A stretch of DNA of 64,000 nt, taken from positions 128,001 to 192,000 of the forward strand of contig CAVSHR010000002.1 in the NCBI GenBank assembly GCA_963727625.1, read 5' to 3'. Under the pieces are notes generated by a model. It was not told where the DNA came from and did not search any database. It saw only the letters and a program-made list of their open reading frames with translations. Both the position numbers and the translations under genes were made by a program. How positions within the stretch are numbered: position 1 is the stretch's first letter; each line of letters starts with the position of its first letter. Origin of the DNA: an uncultured delta proteobacterium (lineage in GTDB: Bacteria > Desulfobacterota > Binatia > UBA9968). Of the stretch, positions 39,061-49,755 are shown one piece after another.

Positions 39061-40090
39061 ATGAGAGGAGATTCAATGCGCGTAGTCCATAGTCTGTGGT
39101 CAGTGGTCAGCAAAATTGTCGTTTGCATTGCTCCTGGCACCGTGCTTTTTGCGCTTTGCTTTTCTGCCGCCGCGCAGCAGCCGGCGAAAATCCCACGGAT
39201 AGGATTTCTAGGTGCCACTACCGCTTCAGTCGAATCTACTCGCATCGAGGCTTTCCGGCAGGGCATGCGCGAGCTTGGATACGTGGAGGGGAAAAGCATT
39301 GTCATTGAGTGGCGGTGGGCCGAGGGAAAATTCGATCGGCTGCCCGAGCTTGCGGCCGAACTCGTGCGTCTCAAGGTGGAGGTCATCGTCACAGGGGGCT
39401 CGACATCAAGCGGCGCTGCGAAGAAAGTAACAACCACGGTTCCCATTGTGATGGCGCAAGATAACGATCCTGTGGGCAGTGGGTTTGTCGCTAGCCTTGG
39501 GCGTCCGGGCGGGAACATGACAGGATTGGCAACCCTTGCTCCGGAGATAAGCGGAAAACAACTGGAGCTTCTCAAAGGAGATCGTTCCCAAGCTCTCCCG
39601 CGTGGCCGTCCTCGGGACTTCGACCGCCCCGGGCAACGCAGAAGCGTTAAAAGAGACGGAACTTTCCGCAAGGGCGTTCAAGATACAGCTTCAATACCTA
39701 GACATACGAGTTCCCAAAGATATTGAGACTGCATTCCGAGAGGCAAAGAAGGGACGTGCTGACGCAGTCCTCGTGCTCGGAGCCCCGGCCCTCATTTCTC
39801 AGCGAAAACAGATTGCAGACCTCGCGGCAACGAGCCGGCTCCCGGCGATCTATCCGTGGCCGGAATTTGTCAAAGACCTCGGGCCTATGAGTTATGGCGT
39901 GAGAGTTACCGACTTGTACCGACGCGCCGCCACTTATGTCGACAAGATCCTCAGAGGCGCTAAGCCTGCCGACCTTCCCGTCGAGCAGCCCAAGAAGTTC
40001 GAATTAGTGATCAATCTGAAGACGGCGAAGCAGATCGGATTAACAATACCACCCAACGTATTGGCTAGAGCAGATAAAGTCATCCGATGA
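39061..40090 (+). pseudogene. ABC substrate-binding protein paralogue 4, frameshifted near 39575
   Basis: CTCAAAGGAGATC has one extra A relative to LLKEIVP; two ORF halves 39061-39726 and 39602-40090. Confidence 0.85.
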
Positions 40091-40133
40091 CCGAACAATC
40101 TAAAATCCAAAATCGGAAATCTAAAATCGAAAG

Positions 40134-40178
40134 GTTCCGCCGAATGTGCTGGCGAGAGCGGATCGGGTGATTCGATAG
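40134..40178 (+). repeat. Isolated SBP 3' tail fragment
   Basis: Encodes PPNVLARADRVIR* right after AATCCAA-type repeats. Confidence 0.8.
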
Positions 40179-40219
40179 GCGTGAGCCTTGAGGCGGAAGG
40201 CGTGAGGAGGAAGTCCGGA

Positions 40220-41209
40220 ATGAATTCGATTACTGGAAATATACTTTTCTGGTCGCTCACCATGATCTTTCTGCCAACTATTTCCGCCAAAGCGCAGCAG
40301 CCCGTGAACGTTCCACGGGTCGGATACCTAAGTAGTGACTCCCCTTCCACTATCGCTGTCCGTATCGAAGCATTCCGGCAGGGTCTGCGCGAGCTTGGAT
40401 AGGTGGAGGGGAAAAACATTGTTATTGAGTGGCGATTTGCCGAGGGTAAAGCTGATCGGCTACGTGGCCTTGCGGCTGAACTGGTCCGTCTCAAGGTAGA
40501 CGTCATCGTTACGAGTGGACCGGCAGCAACCCGTGCCGCCAAGCAAGCAACTGTTACAATTTCCATTGTCACGGCGCAGGATAACGATCCTGTTGGGAAC
40601 GGGCTCATCGCCAGCCTTGCGCGACCTGGTGGAAACATTACTGGATTGTCCACCCTTGCCCCGGAAATAAGCGGGAAAAGGCTGGAACTATTGAAGGAGA
40701 TCGTTCCAGGGATCTCCCGGGTGGCCGTTCTCGGCAGTTCGACCACCCCGGGCAACCCACATGCGTTAAGAGAGACGGAACTTGCCGCACGAGTGTTGGG
40801 GCTGCAGATTCAATACCTAGAAGTACGCGGTGCCAAGGATCTTGAGCCTGCATTTCGAGCTGCAGCCAAAGACCGTGCTGACGCCGTCCTCTTGCTGCAA
40901 AGCCCAGTCTTCGTTAATGAGCGAAGACAACTTGCAAACCTCGCGGTAAAGAGCCGGCTGCCGGCGATATACGACAGGCGAGAATTTGTAGACGATGGTG
41001 GCCTTATGTGCTACGGGACAAATTTCGTCGACTTGTCCCGCCGCGCCGCCACCTACGTCGATAAAATTCTAAGAGGCGCCAAGCCCGCCGATCTCCCAAT
41101 CGAACAACCGACCAAGTTCGAGTTTGTGATCAATCTCAGGGCGGCGAAGCAGATCGGTTTGACGATTCCGCCGAATGTGCTGGCGCGGGCGGATCGGGTG
41201 ATCAAATGA
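40220..41209 (+). pseudogene. ABC substrate-binding protein paralogue 5 with in-frame TAG at 40400
   Basis: LRELG*VEGKN where paralogues have LG-Y-VEG (TAC to TAG). Confidence 0.85.
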
Positions 41210-41286
41210 CAGTACTGAGTAACGAGTGCTGAGGACTGAGGTCAGGTGGAGAAAAACTCAGAACTCGTAGCTCAGCGCTCAGCACT
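41210..41286. repeat. 7-nt-period palindromic repeat (CTGAGTG / CTCAGCA)
   Basis: agtactgagtaacgagtgctgaggactgag ... ctcagaactcgtagctcagcgctcagcact. Confidence 0.75.
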
Positions 41287-41301
41287 TTGGGGGGAGGGGC
41301 G

Positions 41302-42282
41302 ATGAGAAAAAAGTTTCTATGGTTTTCACTAATCGCTGTGCTTGGCGGGGTGGCAATTGCCCAGGCGCAGCAGCCAACGAGAGTCTCCCGGATAGGATTA
41401 TTAGCTGCTGTTAGCCCGGCCGCTTTGTCGGGCCGCGCCGAGGCGTTGCGCCAGGGTCTACGCGCTTTTGGGTATGTGGAAGGGAAAAACATTGTCATTG
41501 AATCTCGATATGCAGAGGAAAAACTCGAACGTCTCCCGGCGCTCGCAACCGAGCTGAGACGTCTCAATGTAAACATCATCGTGACGGCTGGTGCGCCAGC
41601 GACTCGTGCTGCCAACGAAGCAGGTAATCGAATCCCCATCGTCATGGCGCAGGATAACGATCCTGTTGGAAACGGGTTTGTCGAAAGCCTCGCACGACCC
41701 GGCGGCAATATCACGGGATTGTCCACACTTTCCTCCGAGCTGAGCGGAAAACGACTGGAGCTTCTCAAGGAGGTTGTTTCTAAGGTTTCCCGTGTGGCCG
41801 TGCTTGGCAATTCGGCAGTTCCGGGCAACGCGCTGGTATTAAAAGAGATAGAAATTGCAGCAGAGTCGTTCGGGGTCCAGATTCAATCCCTAGAAATAAA
41901 AGCGCCGGCAGATATTGAAACCGCATTCCGAGACGCGCGTAAGGGGCGGGCTGGCGCAGTCCTAGTACTGAACAACCCCGTCGTGTCCGCTCAGAGGAGG
42001 CGAGCTGCTGACCTTGCGGTAAAGAACCGCCTCCCGGCGATATACGAAAGATTAGAATATGTAAAAGATGGGGGGCTTATGAGTTACGGAGTAAGCAGTA
42101 CCGACTTGTTCCGTCGTGCCGCCACTTACGTGGACAAGATTCTCAAAGGCGCAAAGCCCGCGGACTTACCGGTCGAGCAGCCAACGAAATTCGAGTTCGT
42201 CATCAACCTAAAAGCCGCCAAACAGATCGGCCTGACGATTCCGCCCAACGTTCTGGCGCGGGCGGATCGGGTGATTCGGTGA
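41302..42282 (+). CDS. ABC substrate-binding protein (PF04392-like), paralogue 6
   Basis: Intact ORF with signal peptide and all shared motifs. Confidence 0.9.
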   Translation: MRKKFLWFSLIAVLGGVAIAQAQQPTRVSRIGLLAAVSPAALSGRAEALRQGLRAFGYVEGKNIVIESRYAEEKLERLPALATELRRLNVNIIVTAGAPATRAANEAGNRIPIVMAQDNDPVGNGFVESLARPGGNITGLSTLSSELSGKRLELLKEVVSKVSRVAVLGNSAVPGNALVLKEIEIAAESFGVQIQSLEIKAPADIETAFRDARKGRAGAVLVLNNPVVSAQRRRAADLAVKNRLPAIYERLEYVKDGGLMSYGVSSTDLFRRAATYVDKILKGAKPADLPVEQPTKFEFVINLKAAKQIGLTIPPNVLARADRVIR

Positions 42283-42287
42283 CGGGA

Positions 42288-42632
42288 TTAACGCCCAAAA
42301 ACAATATCGATACCTGAGAGGATCAAATCGAGTTGGCGTTTGGACAGCTTGCCGACCTCTTCGGTGAGCAATGCACGGTCTAGGGTAATCAGCTGCGAGG
42401 TGTTTACGACTGAATCCTTTGGCAAACCTGTCGCTCTGGCAGACAGCAATACATTGCCCGGCGCTTCGGCCCAACGAAGATTGCTGGTTAGAGGTACGCA
42501 AACAACGGTTCTAATAAGGCTGCGATTAAGAGCGTCCCCTTGGACGACTAACACCGGCCGCCGAAAGCCGGGACCCGAACCGGTCGGTTCAGGTAGGTTC
42601 GCCCAATACACATGGCCTTGGGCGATTACCAT
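42288..42632 (-). CDS. Type II TA toxin, PemK/MazF family
   Basis: GHVYWANLPEPTGSGPGFRRPVLVVQ, VPLTSN, TGLPKDSV. Confidence 0.9.
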   Translation of the reverse strand: MVIAQGHVYWANLPEPTGSGPGFRRPVLVVQGDALNRSLIRTVVCVPLTSNLRWAEAPGNVLLSARATGLPKDSVVNTSQLITLDRALLTEEVGKLSKRQLDLILSGIDIVFGR

Positions 42633-42862
42633 TCGACATCTTCAAGTGTGCGTACCGCGGCGGCGGAAATGGCTGGGTCGGGGTAGTCAACCATCGCCTC
42701 GCAGACCCTATTCATCGCCTCAGTCACGGCATCTGGATCGTGACGAGCGACGTATTCGGTCACGGCTTCTGCATAAATCTGGCTTCGGGATTTTTTCAGT
42801 CGACGGGATAACCGCTCGGCATCTCGGAAAATCTTATCGGGGATGGAGATCGCAGTTTTCAT
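42626..42862 (-). CDS. Antitoxin (RHH, MazE/ChpI-like)
   Basis: MKTAISIPD...SRSQIYAEA; overlaps toxin start. Confidence 0.85.
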   Translation of the reverse strand: MKTAISIPDKIFRDAERLSRRLKKSRSQIYAEAVTEYVARHDPDAVTEAMNRVCEAMVDYPDPAISAAAVRTLEDVEW

Positions 42863-42920
42863 ACCCGCAGTATAACCAGCGGGACGACTGCGTGCAAATT
42901 CGCGTGCCTCCTCGTGAGTT

Positions 42921-43034
42921 CCGGTGCAGGGGGTCGATAAGGTCGATCTTGTCATCAATCTACAGGCGGCGAAGCAGATCGGCCTGACGATTCCCCCGAA
43001 TGTGTTGTCAAGGGCAGACAAGGTGATTAGGTGA
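42921..43034 (+). repeat. Isolated SBP 3' tail fragment after the MazF-type module
   Basis: Encodes PVQGVDKVDLVINLQAAKQIGLTIPPNVLSRADKVIR* with no start. Confidence 0.85.
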
Positions 43035-43095
43035 GGGGTAAGTGAGTTAGGCGTTAGGCAAAAATTCAGGCGAGGCTAAAACAGGAGGGAACATC

Positions 43096-44091
43096 ATGCA
43101 TTCAAAATCTATTTCTTGGTTACTGGCAATTATCTTGCTGATGACTGCCGCCCTCGCCGAAGCTCAGCTCACCAAGTTGACCATCGGCAACAATACGCTT
43201 AGCACCAACGGTCTGCCTGCATGGATGGCCAAAGAAGCCGGGATTTTTAACAGAAATGGCCTCGACGTGCAGATCGTCTATTTCAGGGGCGGAACGATTA
43301 CGACCATGGCTTTGATCGCCCGCGAGACGCCGATCAGTCAAGTTTCCGGACCGCCGATCGTGAGCGCCGCTCTCAAGGGAGCCGACGCGGTCATGGTTGC
43401 CGCCGGCAACGTGGTTTCGGAGTACTGGCTCATGAGCAAGCCCGAGCTCAAGACCGCCGCGCAACTGAAGGGCGGCTCGGTCGCCATCGCGACGTTCGGC
43501 GGCTTGTCCGATTCCATCTCTCGGATCGCGTTACAAAAGCTCGGATTGAACGCTACGAAGGATGTCACACTCGTGCAGATCGGCACGATTCCGGAGCGCC
43601 TGAGCGCACTGGAGTCGGGCAAGGTTCAGGCCGCCATGCTCAACGCGCCCGACAACTTCCGGGCGCAGAAAAGAGGGCTGCATAAACTGATGGACGTGCG
43701 GCTCACCTATCAGGGCATAGGCGTGGGCACGACCCGGACCGTCATCAGAGAAAATCCCGACCTTGTCCGGCGCTATGTGAAATCTCAGATCGAGGCAGTC
43801 CACCGGCTCAAAACGGACCGGGAGGCGGGTATCAAAGTGCTGGCAAAATATCTCAACATTCAGGATCGAGAGGTTCTGGAAAAAGCCTATGATGACGCGA
43901 TCACCGACGAGAAACTTCCGCCGAAACAGTATCCGACCCTGGAGGGGATCAAGAAGATTCTCGAACCATTGGCGGAGACGGATCCAAAGGCGAAAGCAGC
44001 AAAGCCTGAGGACTTTGTCGATACGCGCTTCATCAAGGAGCTCGATGACAGCGGTTTCATCGACGAGCTCTACAAGGGCAGGAAGCGTTGA
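43096..44091 (+). CDS. ABC substrate-binding protein, NitT/TauT (SsuA-like) family
   Basis: WMAKEAGIF..NGLDV, LKGGSVAI, FVDTRFIKEL; RBS GGAGG. Confidence 0.85.
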   Translation: MHSKSISWLLAIILLMTAALAEAQLTKLTIGNNTLSTNGLPAWMAKEAGIFNRNGLDVQIVYFRGGTITTMALIARETPISQVSGPPIVSAALKGADAVMVAAGNVVSEYWLMSKPELKTAAQLKGGSVAIATFGGLSDSISRIALQKLGLNATKDVTLVQIGTIPERLSALESGKVQAAMLNAPDNFRAQKRGLHKLMDVRLTYQGIGVGTTRTVIRENPDLVRRYVKSQIEAVHRLKTDREAGIKVLAKYLNIQDREVLEKAYDDAITDEKLPPKQYPTLEGIKKILEPLAETDPKAKAAKPEDFVDTRFIKELDDSGFIDELYKGRKR

Positions 44092-44138
44092 CGCGCTGCG
44101 GATTTTGAGACTCGCGATTTTGGATTGAGAGAAAATCC

Positions 44139-44426
44139 ATGAATAAAAACTTTTGGTTTCGAGCCCTGAATTCTTTGTTCGATAATCCAAAATCCAAAAT
44201 CCAGAAGCGGCCTCGCGGACTAAAATGGGTCAGGCTTTCGATGTTCGCTCGCGTCCTCGTGTTGGCTGGGGCTGTGGCACAGTCGCAACAGCCGAAGAAA
44301 ATTCCACGGACAGGGTATCCGTTGATTGATCCAACGAATGAATCTGCACTTGCCGAGGGCATTCGGCGGGCTTTCAACGAGCTTGGCTACGTTGGCGCGT
44401 CGCATCTGAATCTTGATCATCTCTAA
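44139..44426 (+). pseudogene. 5' fragment of a PF04392-like SBP gene
   Basis: Leader homologous to 36715 gene; AQSQQPKKIPRTG...ELGYVG then stop. Confidence 0.75.
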
Positions 44427-44589
44427 GTGCCAAGCTTGCGGAGGTAGATTTCATCGTTGACGCCATGATCCACCTGAAGTAGAAGTCAGCTCAACCGCCT
44501 GGGGGAGCCTGTTACCGCGGTGTAAGGCGAACCTGTCATACGTAAACCCTCTCCCCCCGATCCGCATATCCGTTTCAGTCTCTTGTTTT

Positions 44590-47500
44590 ATGGCAAGCAC
44601 GACCAAAAAGGGCTCAAAGAACACCAAGACAAAGCCGCGCCGTGCCGTGGTGAAAACGTCGGCGGTTACACAAACGCGGCTGATTGCCGAGCTTCGCCAG
44701 CAACTCGCCCAGTCTTTGCAGCGAGAGAACGCGACTGCCAGGGAATTGCAAGACCGTAAGCGCGAACTTAACGACGTTTTAGCGCAGCAAAGTGCGACGA
44801 GTGAAATCTTAGGCGTGATCGCCAGCTCACCGAGGGATATCCAACCCGTAATGGATGCGATTGCCGAAAGCGCCGTGCGGCTGTGCGAGGCCAACGATGC
44901 GCTGATTTTCCGGGTAGAAGGCGATTCCTTGATACGCTTCGCTAATTTTGGCTCGCGCTCCCAGCAGAGCTTGGCGGCGGTCCGCTGGGAGGGATCAACC
45001 AGAGCTCAATACCCGGTCGAGCAGTGATCGGTCGAGAGATAATTCACATTCATGACCTGGCAGCGGTCCCAGAGGCCGAATTACGAGCGGTGTTTGCCAG
45101 ACGCGTTGGTGTGCGAACGGCGCTTGCAACGCCGCTGTTGCGAGACGGTGTCCCGATTGGGGTGATACTGATTCGCCGTACTGAAGTTCGACCCTTCAGT
45201 GAAAAGCAAATAGCGCTTCTCAAAACCTTCGCTGACCAAGCCGTTATTGCCATCGAGAACGTGCGCTTGTTCAAGGAACTCGGCGAGCGCAACGCGGAGT
45301 TGCGCGAGGCGCTGGAGCATCAGACGGCGACGGCCGAGGTGCTCGGCATCATCAGCCGCTCGCCGACGGACGTGCAGCCGGTGCTCGATGCCATTGTCGA
45401 GAGCGCGGCAAAAGTTTGCGGCATTGATGACGTGGTGCTGCGGCTCCACGAAGCCAACGCCATGGTGGTGCGGGCGCATTTTGGTTCGGTACCGGTAGCG
45501 GCTGGTCGCGAAGCGATCAGCATTGATGAACTACAGAATCAGTGGGTGCGCGAGCATGGGACACTCCACATCCCGGATATCCGTGCGCAGAGGATAGATT
45601 TCCCAACGATGGGTTCCATCTCGCGTACCTTTTTAATCGTTCCTCTCCGTCAGCAGGACCAACTCATAGGATTACTGGGTGCGCGCCGCACCGAGGTGCG
45701 CCCCTTCACCCCGGCGCAGATCAAGCTGATGGAAACCTTTGCCGACCAGGCGGTCATCGCCATCGAAAACGTACGGCTATTTCAAGAACTCACCGAGGCG
45801 TTGGAGCAGCAGACGGCGACGAGCGAAATTCTAGGCGTGATCGCCAGTTCGCCGACGGATATCCAACCGGTCCTCGATGCAGTCGCAGCGAGCGCGGCCC
45901 GGTTATGCGATGCCAAAGACGCTGTAATCTTTCGCCTCGATGACAACCATCTTCACCGCGTAGCAATTTGTGGAGAGATTCCGATGAGAGAGACGCCGCT
46001 GGCGCTCACCAGGGGCTCTGTGACTGGTCGCGCCGTGGTCGACCGCCGGGCGGTTCATATCCACGACGCCGATGCCGAATCCGAAACCGATTACCCAGAT
46101 ATCGATAGGACGGGAAATCGAGGCGGAAGTCGTTCCAGGACGAGACTGGCCGTACCACTGCTGCGCGAGGGTGTTGCCCTTGGGGCGATCATCGTTCGAC
46201 GTATGGAGGTTCGTCCATTCACAGAAAAGCAGATCAAACTGCTTGAAACCTTCGCCGACCAAGCTGTAATCGCCATAGAGAACGTCCGGCTGTTCAAAGA
46301 ATTGCAGGAGCGCAACGCGGAATTGCGCGAGGCGCTGGAGCATCAGACGGCAACTTCCGAGGTGCTCGGCATCATCAGCCGCTCGCCGACGGACGTGCAG
46401 CCGGTGCTCGACGCCATCGTCGAGAGCGCCGCGCGGGTTTGTGGGATCGATGACGTGGTGCTGCGGCTCCAAGACGGCAACGCTATGGTTTCACGGGCTC
46501 ATTTCGGTCCTTTAACCGTCAACCGCGTCGAGATCAGCATCAATGAGCCACAGTTTGGTTGGATGCGGGAGCATGGCACGCTTCACATTCCTGACGCCAG
46601 CGACCAGTCCGATTCACGGATGGTGGTTACCGGCGGCTGGCGGACTTTCCTGGTCGTTCCCCTTCGTCAGCAAACGGAACTGATTGGAGGATTGTTCGCA
46701 CGTCGTACCGAAGTTCGTCCCTTCACCCCGGCGCAGATCAAGCTGCTTGAAACATTCGCCGACCAAGCGGTCATCGCCATCGAGAACGTTCGGCTGTTCA
46801 ACGAGCTAAAGGAATCGTTAGAGCAGCAGACGGCGACGAGTGAAATCCTGGGCGTCATCGCCAGCTCGCCGACGGATATTCAGCCGGTGCTGGATGCCGT
46901 GGCGGAAAGCGCTGCGAAATTATGTAATGCTCCGAGCGCTTTCATTCAGCGCGTCGACGGTAACGTTATGCGACGAGTGGCGGCTTATCCCTATCCAGCA
47001 CCTCTTATAGGAGAAGAAACAGTTATAGATCGTACCAGGATTTCGGGCCGGGCTATTATTGACAGACAAACAATCCACGTCCAAGACATGGCCGCAGATA
47101 CGCAAAGCGAATTTCCCGGCGGCAGAAACATCCAACCAGTGACCGGTACACGCTCTGCTCTGGCAACGCCGCTGCTGCGAGAGGGAGTAGCCATCGGAGT
47201 TATTTTCGTGCGCCGAACAGAGGTCCGTCCCTTCACTGAAAAGCAGATCAAACTGCTGGAAACCTTCGCCGCCCAAGCCGTCATCGCGATCGAGAACGTG
47301 CGGCTATTCCAAGAGCTGAAAGAATCATTAGAACAGCAGACAGCGACGAGTGAGATCTTGGGTGTTATCGCAAGCTCTCCGACCGACATTCAACCTGTGT
47401 TGAATGTAGTCACCCAGAACGCAGCGCGCCTATGTGACTCGAGCGACGCGCAGCTTCGGCTGATTGACGGAAACCTCCTTCGTCTATTGGCCTCATATGG

Positions 47501-49577
47501 TCCGCTTCCAGTACCTGAGATAATACCCATTAGCCGCCAAACAGTGTCCGGCCGAGCTGTCACGGATCGACAAATGATCCATGTTCATGACCTGGAGCCG
47601 GAGCGCGAGACTGAGTATCCGGAAGGAGCAAGGGATGGGTCTCGAACAATCCTTGGCATGCCGTTAATGCGCGAGGGTGTTCCCATTGGAGCTGTTCTCA
47701 TTCGCCGACTTGAGGTCCGTCCTTTTACTGACAAGCAAATCGCACTCCTCACGACTTTCGCAGACCAAGCTGTCATCGCTATAGAGAACGTGCGGCTGTT
47801 TCAGGAGCTCACCGAAGCGCTGGAACAACAAACGGCGACGAGTGAAATCTTGGGCGTGATTGCCAGTTCGCCGACGAATATCCAGCCGGTGCTGGACACT
47901 GTGGCAGCCAACGCCGCGCGACTATGTGAGGCCGTTGACGCACAGATTCGCCTGGTAGAGGGTGACGGAACGCGGTTGGTGGCTTCCTTCGGAACCCTTC
48001 CAGCACCAGAGTTTCGGTCTTTGAAACCCACAAGTGTTTCTGGTCGGGCAGTTCTTAACAGAGAGAGTGTCCATGTTCACGATCTCCGTGAAGCCATGAG
48101 AACGGAATTTCCCGAAAGCGTCGTGGGTGCTCGCGTGGGAGCGGTGACGATGCTAAGTACACCGATGCTCCGGGAGGGAATTCCGATCGGTGTCATCAAT
48201 GTAAGACGAACCGAGCTTCGTCCCTACTCGGACAAACAAATCAAACTGCTCGAAACCTTTGCCGATCAGGCCGTGATCGCCATCGAGAACGTGCGGCTGT
48301 TCAACGAATTAAATGAGCGCACCAACGAATTGACTCGCTCGGTCGGCGAGCTCAAAGCCCTCGGCGAAGTCAGTCAAGCGGTCAGCTCGACTCTCGATCT
48401 CGAAACTGTCCTCACCCGCATCGTCTCCCACGCCGTTCAACTGAGCGGCACCGATGGTGGCGCGATTTACGAGTACGATGAACCTTCGGAAGAGTTTCAC
48501 CTGCGCGCCACCGATCACATGGAAGAGGAACTCATCACTGCCCTGCGCAATAATCCACCTCGCCTGGGCGACGGCATAGTCGGCCGGGCGGCGGCCAGCC
48601 GTGAACCGGTCGTGGTTCCCAATATCCTAGAAGAGCGCGCCTACGCCCCACGCATGCGCCAGATGCTGGAGCGCTTCGGTTTTCGTGCCAGCCTGGCAGT
48701 CCCCCTATTACGCGAAGACCGCATCATCGGCGGCTTGGTGGTACGGCGAAAAGCGATGGGTGAGTTTCGTCCCGAAGTCATCGAGCTATTGAAAACCTTC
48801 GCCAACCAGTCGGTGTTAGCGATCCAAAACGCCCGGCTGTTTCGCGAGATCGAGGAAAAGAGCCAGCAGATCGAAGCCGCCAACCGGCACAAGTCGGAGT
48901 TCTTGGCCAACATGTCCCATGAGCTTAGAACCCCGCTCAATGCCATTATCGGCTTCTCGGAGGTCTTGCAGGAAAAACTCTTCGGCGAGCTCAATGAAAA
49001 GCAAGCCGAATATACCGACGACATCCTCAGCTCCGGCCGCCATCTACTCTCACTCATCAATGAGATTCTCGATCTCTCCAAGGTCGAAGCCGGGCGCATG
49101 GAACTGGAGCTGGCGACCTTCGATCTCCCGATCGCCATCGACAACGCCCGCACCTTTGTGCGCGAGCGCGCCGCCACGCACGGCATCACGCTCGACGTCA
49201 CAATAGACGACCGCCTCGGTGACATCATTGGCGACGAGCGTAAGATCAAGCAGATCCTTCTCAACCTGCTATCCAACGCGGTCAAGTTCACCCCGGAGGC
49301 AGGCCGGATCGAGATCGCAGCAAGGCAGAGCGACGGCTCGGTGGAAATATCCGTCAGTGACACCGGCATCGGCATCGCGGCAGAGGACCAACCAAAAGTC
49401 TTCGAAGAGTTTCGCCAGGTGGGCTCCGACTATGCGCACAAGGTCGAGGGAACGGGACTGGGGTTGACGCTGGCCAAAAAATTCGTCGAGCTGCATGGGG
49501 GAAGGATCTGGGTGGAGAGCGAGGTGGTGAAAGGCTCGACGTTTGTTTTTACACTACCGATTGCGGCTGTCGCATAG
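44590..49577 (+). CDS. Multi-GAF (8 GAF) sensor histidine kinase, frameshift near 44960-45000
   Basis: Seven repeats of QTATSEILGVIASSP...FADQAVIAIENVRLF plus an eighth GAF; H-box FLANMSHELRTPLN; NAVKFT, DTGIG, GTGLGL; first GAF split across two frames. Confidence 0.9.
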
Positions 49578-49755
49578 GGTCAGGGATACAAAGGCTCACG
49601 TTCCAAGCGGCTTAATAAGAAGGTGGGATAAGGCGAGCAAAGACTTGTTTTCAGTTAGGAATGGGTAGTTCGAAACATACACAGGCAATGATCGAAGCGC
49701 ATCCGAAGCAGGACAAAACGCTGAGAATCAGAGCAGCGATGTGCAGGAGGAACCC

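Noticed and set aside
40400-40402. In-frame TAG as pyrrolysine or programmed readthrough
   Set aside because: Paralogues have Tyr (TAC/TAT) here, neighbours are also decaying, and no pyl genes are visible; a simple nonsense change is more economical
35669-43034. Regularly recurring conserved sequence as a CRISPR array
   Set aside because: The repeats are degenerate coding 3' ends spaced up to about 1 kb apart; no identical 23-47-nt repeats with unique spacers and no cas genes
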